The notes under the pieces: model-generated
What the model was told of the DNA's origin: nothing
The model's database searches: none
Seen by the model: the letters and a program-made list of their open reading frames with translations, nothing else
Shown: piece after piece, positions 9,163 through 17,395 of the stretch
How positions within the stretch are numbered: position 1 is the stretch's first letter
Layout of the letters: every line of letters begins with the position of its first letter
Program-made: the position numbers and the translations under genes
From: an uncultured Ignavibacteriales bacterium
GTDB taxonomy: Bacteria; Zixibacteria; MSB-5A5; GN15; JAAZOE01
Direction of reading: 5' to 3'
NCBI GenBank assembly: GCA_964611355.1
Contig: CAZSYD010000001.1
Location: forward strand, 110,851 to 130,850
DNA length: 20,000 nt

Positions 9163-10647
9163 ATGCCAAGGATTGCTGTCGTCTTGTTTATTGTTTTGAA
9201 TCTTGTGGCCGTTTCGGTGGCGGGTGAAACGATTACCCTCAAAGAAACGCTTGACCGCCTGGTAACTCGAACCACCCGGGCGCGGATAATTACCGGTCAG
9301 CGGGAAGTGGCAAAGGCGAAATTCAGCGCAGAAAAAATCGGTTATTACCTTCCCAAGATTTCGTTTTCCACTCTTCCCGAGTATGGAATCAGCGAGGATT
9401 ACACGTCGTACTTCGGCATCTCCGACCCGATTTCTTTCAAAAGCGCCAGCGCCTCCGGCTACGGTAACATACAATTGAAGCAGAAGGTCCTTACCGGCGG
9501 GGATTTAACATTTGAGAGCCGGTTTAATATCAGCAATATTGAATACCCCGATCCCGTTTATGAATTTATTGAAGGTCGGCAAACGGTAAGAGACATCAAT
9601 ACGGCCACCGACAAACGCCGGTTGGGCAATTTCAAACTTCAATTTATTCAGCCGCTTTTAAGGACTTCGGAGTCGCGGTCGGCCTATTTGACGGCGCGGA
9701 GTAACGTGAATAAAGCGGACGTGGAATGGCGCATTAATCAGACTGATCTTAAAAAGGAGGGTATTACCGCTTTTTTCGATCTGCTCACGGCCGACATTGA
9801 TCGTCAAATCGCCGAAAGCAACAGTCAACTGGCCGATTACAACGCAGGGTGGGATTCGGTAAAATTCGATGATGAAGTAATTACCGAAGAAGCCTGGGTC
9901 GAAAGTAAATCGGAACGGCTCGAAAAAAAACTGGCTCTTTTTGACGCTCAGGCGAATTACGAGGAAAAGATCAACGATTTTAGCCATCTCCTTGATTTTC
10001 CGTCCGGGCGCGAAGTTACGCTTGAGTCGCCATCCATACCCCGGCGGCCTGATTCCCGGAAAGCGCAGTGGCTTCTCGATAACGCCGAAACAACCGGTGA
10101 AACCGAACTGGCCCGCATTGCCATGGAGACCGCCCGGCGCGAACTGGATGAAGTCAGAAATTCGGCGGGAATAAATGGCACGCTGAACGCTTCGTACGCC
10201 ATCGGCCGTGGAACCGTTACGCGCAGTAAGGAGAAGGGCGAATCTGAAGAGGACGTTGATACCAAGGACTGGCAGGTTTCGCTTAATTTTACTTATCCGA
10301 TCTGGGACGGCGGAGCTGCCGGGGCCGGCATTCACTCACAGGAGCTAACCTACGAATCCAAGCACCTGGAATACCAGGCCGCCCGGCGAAACGCCCGAAA
10401 CAAAATGCTGATCCTGCTCAAGCGTCTGGAAATAAACGGTTCCAAGCTGGCCCTTCTGGAACAGGAACTGGAATTGGCCCGGAATAAACTGCGTGATGCA
10501 GAAGGCAGGCATAATGAGGGGTTGATATCGGATGGGGCGCTTTTGGAAAACCGCGTCTACTGCATGGAAGCGCAAAAAAACAGTCTGACTACCATGAAGG
10601 GCTATTATCTTGACCTGACCGAACTGGAAAAGAGCGAACCGGAATAG
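9163..10647 (+). CDS. TolC-family outer membrane efflux protein, about 494 aa (ATG 9163 preferred over GTG 9157)
   Basis: Signal peptide, YLPKISF, duplicated OEP repeat architecture, VSLNFTYPIWDGG and GLIS motifs. GGGAG SD at 9153-9157. Directly follows the adaptor and permease genes. Confidence 0.85.
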   Translation: MPRIAVVLFIVLNLVAVSVAGETITLKETLDRLVTRTTRARIITGQREVAKAKFSAEKIGYYLPKISFSTLPEYGISEDYTSYFGISDPISFKSASASGYGNIQLKQKVLTGGDLTFESRFNISNIEYPDPVYEFIEGRQTVRDINTATDKRRLGNFKLQFIQPLLRTSESRSAYLTARSNVNKADVEWRINQTDLKKEGITAFFDLLTADIDRQIAESNSQLADYNAGWDSVKFDDEVITEEAWVESKSERLEKKLALFDAQANYEEKINDFSHLLDFPSGREVTLESPSIPRRPDSRKAQWLLDNAETTGETELARIAMETARRELDEVRNSAGINGTLNASYAIGRGTVTRSKEKGESEEDVDTKDWQVSLNFTYPIWDGGAAGAGIHSQELTYESKHLEYQAARRNARNKMLILLKRLEINGSKLALLEQELELARNKLRDAEGRHNEGLISDGALLENRVYCMEAQKNSLTTMKGYYLDLTELEKSEPE

Positions 10648-11664
10648 ATGAAGCTGATTATTCGCGCCCCCAACTGGGTGGGCGACGGTGTCATGGCTTT
10701 ACCGGCTGTGGACAACGCTCGAGATATTACCGGCGCCGACTATATTGCGGTCATGGCTCGCGGCGCAACCGCACCGCTTTACGGCAATCATCCCGACGTT
10801 GATCGCGTTATAGTCATCGACGATAAAAACTCCGGGCTATTCGGCGCGCGCCGCGCGGCCGAATTGATTAAAGATGACAGGTATGACGTCGGAGTGATTC
10901 TGCCGCCGTCGTTTTCATCGGCTTTGATTTTCAAAATGGGAGGCGTCGCCGGACGGGCGGGATATGTGGGCGACCGGCGTTCGCTGCTTTTGACCCGAGC
11001 CGTCAAACCGCCGAAAGAAAAAATGCACAGAGTTAGACGCTACCTGTACCTGTTTGAGAAATTGACCGGCCGAAAACTCGATTTCCGAGCGCCTCGTCTT
11101 TATTTATCACACGAAGATATAGCAAACGGCGAGAAGATACTCGCGGAACATTCCTTATCGTACGATGATAAGTATATCGCCATATCACCGCGCGCCGTGG
11201 CCGAGTCCCGCCGGTGGGGAGTCGATAATTACGGCCGGTTAGCCGCTTGCATAACATCTGAAATGAATTGTAAGGTTGTTCTGATCGGTTCGAAAGCCGA
11301 TTTTGAAGCGAGCCGGGAGGTAAGAGTCGCCGGTGGAGTGAATACCGTCAACCTGTGTGGCAAAACGCCATTAATGGCAGCAGCGGCGATATTGTCGTTT
11401 GCCCGCCTTTTTGTGGGCAACGATTCCGGACTGGCCCATCTGGCCGGCGCAGTCGATTGTCCGGTGGTGGTTCTTTCCGGCCCCGATGACCCGGAGGAGA
11501 CTTCTCCGATGTGTAAAAAGAAGAAAGTCATTATCAGGGATATCGATTGCATCAGTTGCGTCAAAAACGTCTGTCCCAAATCGGGGGACGATTTCATGCG
11601 CTGCATGAAGCTTATTACGGTCGATGAGGTGTTTGATGCCGCGAAAGAGATCGTTAAAACATAA
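10648..11664 (+). CDS. waaF: ADP-heptose:LPS heptosyltransferase II (GT9), 338 aa
   Basis: IRAPNWVGDGVMALP start, PPSFSSAL, NLCGKTPL and FVGNDSGLAHLAGA GT9 motifs. Starts immediately after the TolC stop (TAG-ATG). Confidence 0.88.
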   Translation: MKLIIRAPNWVGDGVMALPAVDNARDITGADYIAVMARGATAPLYGNHPDVDRVIVIDDKNSGLFGARRAAELIKDDRYDVGVILPPSFSSALIFKMGGVAGRAGYVGDRRSLLLTRAVKPPKEKMHRVRRYLYLFEKLTGRKLDFRAPRLYLSHEDIANGEKILAEHSLSYDDKYIAISPRAVAESRRWGVDNYGRLAACITSEMNCKVVLIGSKADFEASREVRVAGGVNTVNLCGKTPLMAAAAILSFARLFVGNDSGLAHLAGAVDCPVVVLSGPDDPEETSPMCKKKKVIIRDIDCISCVKNVCPKSGDDFMRCMKLITVDEVFDAAKEIVKT

Positions 11665-12538
11665 AGTCGGCGTGATCGGAACGATCAATCGTGATACCAT
11701 TCTTCGCCGTGACGGGAGTCGAGTCGATTCATACGGCGGCATCCTTTACAACCTGAAATACCTGTGCAAAAGCAAATCGATTACGGCAATCCCCGCGGTC
11801 AACATTGGAGCGGATAGCTATAAACCAATAACGGCAATATTAAAAGGCTTCAGCAACATCGATCTTTCGCTTATCCGCAGAGTTGATGCGGAAAACAATC
11901 ACTGCTTTATGCGTTACGGCAATCAGTCGCATAAATGCGAATTCCTGAAGGGCGGCGTACCGCCGTTGACTTACAGCCGCGTCAAACCTTTGCTCGATGC
12001 CGACCTGGTTCTTGTCAATTTCATTACAGGAAACGATGTCAAACTCTCCGCACTGGAAAGACTGCGAGCGGAATATAGGGGGATTATTTATATCGATATT
12101 CATTCGCTTACACTGGGGCGGAAAAAAGTTAAGGGCGGTGTTCGCCGCCATCTGCGGCAACCCCGCTACTGGCGGCGTTATGTAGATTGCGCCGATATTT
12201 TGCAGGTCAACCGGGCTGAATTTGAAATCCTCTCGGGAACGAGTTTCTCCCGATGCAACGCCGTATCTTTTTTTGAAAATCATCTGCCTTCTACGAGATG
12301 CCTGAACGTTACTCTGGGCAGGGAGGGAGCCATGATTATCTACCGGAAGAGGCGGATAATCAGCAGATTGAAGCCCTCCATAAAAGTCAGAACGGTTTAT
12401 GACACCACCGGCTGCGGCGATATTTTCGCCGCCGGTTTTATAACCGAATATCTTGATTCGGGCAGCTTTATTAGGGCTACCGCCGAAGGCCATCGCCTGG
12501 CTGCGGCGCGATGTCAGGCTAAGGGTAGGATATTTTAA
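11636..12538 (+). CDS. PfkB/ribokinase-family carbohydrate kinase, about 300 aa (ATG 11636 preferred over 11624)
   Basis: N-terminal VIGTINRD...YGG, QVNRAEF, VTLGREG and the PfkB signature DTTGCGDIFAAGF. GAGGT SD at 11626-11630. Overlaps waaF by 29 nt. Confidence 0.85.
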   Translation: MPRKRSLKHKVGVIGTINRDTILRRDGSRVDSYGGILYNLKYLCKSKSITAIPAVNIGADSYKPITAILKGFSNIDLSLIRRVDAENNHCFMRYGNQSHKCEFLKGGVPPLTYSRVKPLLDADLVLVNFITGNDVKLSALERLRAEYRGIIYIDIHSLTLGRKKVKGGVRRHLRQPRYWRRYVDCADILQVNRAEFEILSGTSFSRCNAVSFFENHLPSTRCLNVTLGREGAMIIYRKRRIISRLKPSIKVRTVYDTTGCGDIFAAGFITEYLDSGSFIRATAEGHRLAAARCQAKGRIF

Positions 12539-12635
12539 TGATTTTACTTATTTTTCGGCCGGACGCTTGACCTGATAACAAACCTTGATTATTTATCCTT
12601 CAAAATCTCTACTAAACCAACCAAACGGAGGGTCA

Positions 12636-14078
12636 ATGAAAGATAAACTCAAAGAATGTATGGACTGGCTAAAGACCAAAGGGGTCGAATATGCCGACGG
12701 CCGGTTTGTACGATGCGAGACCGAGTCGATTCAGGTGACCAACGGCAACGTCGAAGGCATGGCGCGCAATCTCGATGTCGGCGTCGGTATTCGCGTTATC
12801 GCCAACGGCGCCTGGGGCTTTGCCGCCACGGCTGTGCTGACGCCGGCGGAATTGAAAAAAACGGCCAACAAGGCATTACAGGTCGCCAAAGCCTCGGCCA
12901 TGACGCTTCGGGAGCCGGTAAAGCTGGCGGAGCAGGAACCGTTTGTTGACTATTACAGGACGCCCTGCGAAAAAGATCCCTTCGAAGTGCCGACCGACGA
13001 AAAGCTCGATCTGCTTCTTGATTGCTGTAAAGAACTTCGCAAATCGAAAGCAATCAGGAAGGCGGAAGCCTCGATGAAATTTTTCAAAACCAACAAGCTT
13101 TTCATCTCCACCGAAGGTGCCGAAATCGAGCAGGATATCATTGAATCGGGAGCGGGATTCGAAGTGCTTGCCGTAAAGGGAAAAGAAGTGCAAAAACGTT
13201 CATACCCCAACTCACACGGCGGCGATTTCGCCACTCGCGGATATGAATTTATCGAGGAAATGAATCTTATGGATCATACCGACCGGGTTAGAGAGGAAGC
13301 GATTGCGCTTCTCTCTGCCGCGCCGTGTCCCGATACAGTGACGACGGTGATTATCACCGGCTCACAGATGGCTTTACAGGTGCACGAATCGAACGGTCAT
13401 CCGACCGAACTTGACCGCGTGCTGGGGACGGAGATTTCACTGGCGGGCGGGTCGTTTTTGACCGTTGACAAACTGGGCAAACTTAAATACGGATCCGATA
13501 TCGTCAACATCACCGCCGACGCGACCATTGAGGGAGGCCTGGGGAGCTTCGGATACGACGACGAAGGAGTCAGGGCTCAGCGGACGCCGATTATCGAAAA
13601 CGGTCTCTTTGTCGGATATTTGACCAGCCGCGAAACGGCTCCGGTTATCGGCAAGCGTTCCAACGGCACGATGAGAGCCGATGGCTGGAACCGCATTCCC
13701 CTTATCCGAATGACCAATATCAACCTTGAACCCGGAGAGTGGAAACTCGACGATCTTATCGCCGACACCAAAGATGGGATACTCCTTGACATTAACAAAA
13801 GCTGGTCAATCGACGACAAGCGGCTCAATTTTCAGTTCGGCGTTGAATGTGCCTGGGAAATAAAAAACGGGAAACGGGGGCGGATGTTCAAAAATCCGGT
13901 CTATACCGGAATAACGCCCGAGTTCTGGAATTCCTGTGACGCCATCTGCGACAGAGATCACTGGCGTGTTTGGGGAGTGCCTAATTGCGGCAAGGGGGAA
14001 CCGATGCAGACTGCTCACGTCGCCCATGGTACTTCTCCGGCCCGATTTCGGAATATTAAAGTGGGGGTGAGCAAATGA
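12636..14078 (+). CDS. tldD: TldD metalloprotease subunit, about 480 aa (start revised to ATG 12636)
   Basis: GVGIRVIANGAWGFA, catalytic HESNGH (HExxxH), YDDEGV, RMTNINLEPG and C-terminal NCGKGEP (Cys metal ligand). GGAGG SD at 12627-12631. Confidence 0.92.
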   Translation: MKDKLKECMDWLKTKGVEYADGRFVRCETESIQVTNGNVEGMARNLDVGVGIRVIANGAWGFAATAVLTPAELKKTANKALQVAKASAMTLREPVKLAEQEPFVDYYRTPCEKDPFEVPTDEKLDLLLDCCKELRKSKAIRKAEASMKFFKTNKLFISTEGAEIEQDIIESGAGFEVLAVKGKEVQKRSYPNSHGGDFATRGYEFIEEMNLMDHTDRVREEAIALLSAAPCPDTVTTVIITGSQMALQVHESNGHPTELDRVLGTEISLAGGSFLTVDKLGKLKYGSDIVNITADATIEGGLGSFGYDDEGVRAQRTPIIENGLFVGYLTSRETAPVIGKRSNGTMRADGWNRIPLIRMTNINLEPGEWKLDDLIADTKDGILLDINKSWSIDDKRLNFQFGVECAWEIKNGKRGRMFKNPVYTGITPEFWNSCDAICDRDHWRVWGVPNCGKGEPMQTAHVAHGTSPARFRNIKVGVSK

Positions 14079-15427
14079 TTGGAAAAGAGAAACTTTTTGC
14101 CAAGCTCGATAAGGTCCTGTCCCGGTCGAAAGCCGACGAAACCGAAATAGTATTCGTTGGCGAGGAATCGGGACTGACCCGCTATGCCAATTCCGCTATT
14201 CATCAGAACGTTTACGAAAACAATGCCAGTGTATTTTTCCGCTCGATTTTAGGCAAAAAGATTGGAGTAGCCTCGACCAACTCACTGGTTGCCTCCGACC
14301 TTGAGAAAACGCTGGATGATTCCTGCGAAATTGCCCGAAACCAGCCGGAGAATCCGGATTTCCCCGGCTTGCCGAAACCGGCCAAATATAAAAGCCTTAA
14401 TACTTTCAATGAAAGAACAGCTCGATTTTCCCCGCGGGATCGGGCGCAGGTAGTCAAAAAGATAATTAAAGCGGCCGACCGGAAAGGATTTAATCTGGCT
14501 GGCGCTTTTTCCACCGCCTCAAGTGAGATAGCCGTCCTGAATTCCAAAGGCGTCCGGGCTTATCAGCCGGTTACTGCAGCTTCGATCAATATGATTGCCA
14601 TGTCGGATACTTCTTCCGGTTATGCCGCCGGTATTTCGCGAAACGTGGATGACATCGATTTCGCCGGACTCATCTCACTGGCAGTTGATAAGTGTGAACG
14701 CTCGCAAAACCCGCAGCCAATTGAACCTGGCGAATACGAAGTCCTGCTTGAACCGGCGGCGGTGGCCTCTCTTCTGGAATGGCTGAACTATATCGGTTTC
14801 GGCGCCAAGTCGTTTATGGAAAAGACCTCGTTTCTGGCCGGAAAAACCGGCAAAAAGATTACCTCGAATTTGATCACCATCTATGACAACGCGCTTGACC
14901 GGAAATCGATGGCGTTTCCCTTCGATATGGAAGGGGTTCCGAAAAAGCGGGTGCCTTTCATTGACAAGGGAATAGCCAGAGGTGCTGTCTACAATACCCT
15001 ATGGGGCAAAAAAGCCAAGATTCGATCAACCGGCCATGCCCTCACTCCGGATCAGGCCGCCTTTGGACCGCTTGCGTTGAACGTGGTGGTTGCGCCCGGG
15101 AAAACCAAACGTGATAAAATGATCGAGAAAGTTAAGAAGGGTATTTTGATCACCCGGTTCCATTACATAAACGGTTACATTGACACTCCCAACGCCGTTT
15201 TAACCGGCATGACGCGTGATGGAACTTTTCTGATCGAAGACGGCGAAATCCGTTGCGGAATCAAGAATCTTCGTTTCACCGATGCTATGCTCCGGGCTTT
15301 CAAGTCAACGGTGGCGATTTCGAGGGAAACGGAACTGGTTGAATCGTGGTGGAGTTCGGTGGGCTGCCTTAAGGTCCCGGCAATACATCTGGGATCGTTT
15401 AAGTTCACGGGCAAAACGGATTTTTAG
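14075..15427 (+). CDS. pmbA: TldE/PmbA non-catalytic partner subunit, 450 aa
   Basis: TRYANSAIHQN, PGEYEVLLEPAAV, FDMEGVP and TGMTRDGTFLIEDG. Lacks HExxxH. ATGA overlap with tldD. Confidence 0.87.
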   Translation: MIGKEKLFAKLDKVLSRSKADETEIVFVGEESGLTRYANSAIHQNVYENNASVFFRSILGKKIGVASTNSLVASDLEKTLDDSCEIARNQPENPDFPGLPKPAKYKSLNTFNERTARFSPRDRAQVVKKIIKAADRKGFNLAGAFSTASSEIAVLNSKGVRAYQPVTAASINMIAMSDTSSGYAAGISRNVDDIDFAGLISLAVDKCERSQNPQPIEPGEYEVLLEPAAVASLLEWLNYIGFGAKSFMEKTSFLAGKTGKKITSNLITIYDNALDRKSMAFPFDMEGVPKKRVPFIDKGIARGAVYNTLWGKKAKIRSTGHALTPDQAAFGPLALNVVVAPGKTKRDKMIEKVKKGILITRFHYINGYIDTPNAVLTGMTRDGTFLIEDGEIRCGIKNLRFTDAMLRAFKSTVAISRETELVESWWSSVGCLKVPAIHLGSFKFTGKTDF

Positions 15428-15443
15428 ACTTCCCCGGCCGAAG

Positions 15444-15475
15444 AAAAAAAGCCCGCCGTGTAGCGGGCTTTTTTT
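15444..15475 (+). terminator. Intrinsic terminator after tldE (possibly bidirectional)
   Basis: A7-GCCCGC-cgtgta-GCGGGC-T7, 16 nt after the stop codon. Confidence 0.88.
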
Positions 15476-15481
15476 ATACGG

Positions 15482-15507
15482 TGAAACCATTGCCCTGTAA
15501 TATCGTA
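15482..15507 (+). promoter_or_regulatory. ECF-sigma (sigmaW-like) promoter for the four-repeat protein gene
   Basis: TGAAAC (15482-15487), 16-nt spacer, CGTA (15504-15507), matching the Bacillus subtilis sigmaW consensus. Lies between the tldE terminator and the GGAGG SD (15533-15537). Confidence 0.6.
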
Positions 15508-15545
15508 ATGAGTACTGGATAAAATTATCAGCGGAGGAAGGAAAA

Positions 15546-17312
15546 GTGCTGAAAGCAATACTGATAGCCGTGGCGGTAGCCGTTATTTTCTGTATACTTT
15601 TTCTTATTGGCGCCGCCGCCGTCAAAGCCGGAGACAAGATAGTCGAGTTTACGGACATGGAAGTCGGCGATCTGAAAGTCGGCGGCTTTGAACTGACCGA
15701 AAAGGGGAAAGTCGAAATCTTCGGCGTCGGCGCTCGCGCCGGTTACAGCGATAAATCCGCCGCCTACGGCTGGATCATTGATGCCGACGAGCGTGATCTG
15801 GTTTGGTCGATGGATGACGACTGCGATGATTATTCGGATATATCTGACATGCTGGCCGAATGTGAAGGTGATATAGTTCTGCGGCCCGGCAAATATGAAG
15901 TGTATTATTACGTAGGCACGCCGGGCCTGTTTTTTTCCGACGGCAACATATCCATCAATGACCTGGGTGATCTGATCAAAATAATTGGCGATGCCGTAAA
16001 ATTCGATTACGAGGATAATAAGCAATTTTACGAGGACGAGCTGGAAGAGTTGACATTTATCGTAAGCACCGACGTTCCCGCCAGGTCATATACGCCCTAT
16101 TTCGAGGAACCGGCAAATGTGGTAGCCGCCTTTAATCGTCTTGAAAGCGATGAATATCACAAACACGGTTTTACGCTGTCTCAGGAACTTTCCTTGGCTA
16201 TCTATGCCATCGGAGAATATTCCGATTCGTATGAGCTTTTTGCCGACTGTGGTTGGATAATTGACGCCGACAGCCGTAAGAGAGTCTGGCAGATGGATAA
16301 GTGGAACACCAGCCGGGCCGGGGGCGCCAAAAAGAATCGTATGTTCCGGGATGAAATAACCCTGCCGGCCGGTAACTATATAGCCTGCTACGCCACCGAT
16401 GATTCCCACGACTTCGGTGATTGGAACGCCCAGCCGCCTTACGATCCCGTTAATTACGGGATGGTAATCACCACCGCCGATCCGGATAACATCAAGCATG
16501 TATCGGAGTACCGGGAGGAAGAACTGCCCGAAACGGAAATACTTGCTATGACGCGTATCGGCGATGATGCTTTCGAAAAACAGGGGTTTATCCTTAAGAA
16601 GGAGGCCCGAATCCACATCTTTGCGCTCGGGGAACGAGACTACAGCGGCGATGAACTTGTTGATTACGGCTGGATAGTCAATGCCGAAAACCTTGACAGG
16701 GTCTGGGAGATGACCGATGACAATACCGATCCTGCCGGAGGCCACGTCAAAAACTGCGCCTTTGACGGAATTATCGAGTTTCCGGCGGGCGACTATATGG
16801 TTTATTATCGAACCGACGGTTCACATGCTTCCGGCGGCTGGAACGCTTCACCCCCCTTCCGGCACAGGGATTATGGCATTTCGCTGTTTGGTCTCGGGAG
16901 TGATTTCTCCAAAGATGATTTTGAACTCGTCGATGAATTCCACCCCGGCGGCGATCTGCTGGTCAATTTGACCGGTCTTGGCGATGATGAGGAGTTAAAT
17001 CAGAGATTCAGCTTATCCGGGGCAACCGACATCAGGATTATGGCTGTCGGGGAAGGTAAGTCCGGACGAATGTACGATTACGGCTGGATTGAAGATGATA
17101 GCAGCGGCGAGATCATCTGGGAGATGACCTACCGCAAGACTAAGCACGCGGGCGGAGCCTCCAAGAACCGGATGCTGACAGCTAACATTACACTGAAAGC
17201 GGGAAATTACACCGCCTGTTTTATCACCGACGACTGCCATTCATATAGGGGTTTTAATGCTTCGCCGCCCGACAACCCGGAAAGATGGGGTATGATTATT
17301 ACCCGGAAATAA
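15546..17312 (+). CDS. Exported acidic hypothetical protein with four tandem ~120-145-aa repeats, 588 aa
   Basis: GTG start with GGAGG SD. Hydrophobic N-terminus ending in V-K-A, a likely SPase I site. Repeated motifs (Y/C)GWI...W.M...AGG..KN...G.Y...TD.(S/C)H...(W/F)NA.PP...(Y/W)G. No family recognised. Confidence 0.88.
   Translation: MLKAILIAVAVAVIFCILFLIGAAAVKAGDKIVEFTDMEVGDLKVGGFELTEKGKVEIFGVGARAGYSDKSAAYGWIIDADERDLVWSMDDDCDDYSDISDMLAECEGDIVLRPGKYEVYYYVGTPGLFFSDGNISINDLGDLIKIIGDAVKFDYEDNKQFYEDELEELTFIVSTDVPARSYTPYFEEPANVVAAFNRLESDEYHKHGFTLSQELSLAIYAIGEYSDSYELFADCGWIIDADSRKRVWQMDKWNTSRAGGAKKNRMFRDEITLPAGNYIACYATDDSHDFGDWNAQPPYDPVNYGMVITTADPDNIKHVSEYREEELPETEILAMTRIGDDAFEKQGFILKKEARIHIFALGERDYSGDELVDYGWIVNAENLDRVWEMTDDNTDPAGGHVKNCAFDGIIEFPAGDYMVYYRTDGSHASGGWNASPPFRHRDYGISLFGLGSDFSKDDFELVDEFHPGGDLLVNLTGLGDDEELNQRFSLSGATDIRIMAVGEGKSGRMYDYGWIEDDSSGEIIWEMTYRKTKHAGGASKNRMLTANITLKAGNYTACFITDDCHSYRGFNASPPDNPERWGMIITRK
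15636..17309 (+). repeat. Intragenic protein-level tandem repeats R1 ~15636-16070, R2 ~16119-16475, R3 ~16539-16892, R4 ~16956-17309
   Basis: By-eye alignment: YGWIIDADERDLVWSM / CGWIIDADSRKRVWQM / YGWIVNAENLDRVWEM / YGWIEDDSSGEIIWEM, and PGKYEVYY / AGNYIACY / AGDYMVYY / AGNYTACF. Confidence 0.85.
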
Positions 17313-17357
17313 ATAAGAAAACCCGGCAACCAAACGATTGACTAACTTTCCTCTATC

Positions 17358-17395
17358 AGGGCAGGGGTTTTTCAATAACGCCCCTGCCTTTTTTT
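17358..17395 (+). terminator. Intrinsic terminator after the four-repeat gene
   Basis: AGGGCAGGGG (17358-17367) pairs with CCCCTGCCTT (17381-17390), running into a T7 tract (17389-17395). Confidence 0.82.

Noticed and set aside
12567..12595. Possible tldD promoter TTGACC-N17-TATTTA
   Set aside because: The -10 match is poor and there is no terminator after pfkB, so read-through is equally plausible.
6614..15427. Possible RiPP/microcin cluster (TldD/E plus ABC exporter plus peptidases)
   Set aside because: No precursor peptide ORF and no YcaO, radical SAM or lanthipeptide enzyme is present. TldD/E are common housekeeping proteases.
12618..17336. 10-mer CAACCAAACG in two intergenic regions (12618-12627 and 17327-17336)
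   Set aside because: One shared 10-mer is within chance expectation, and the contexts differ (5' leader versus 3' UTR).
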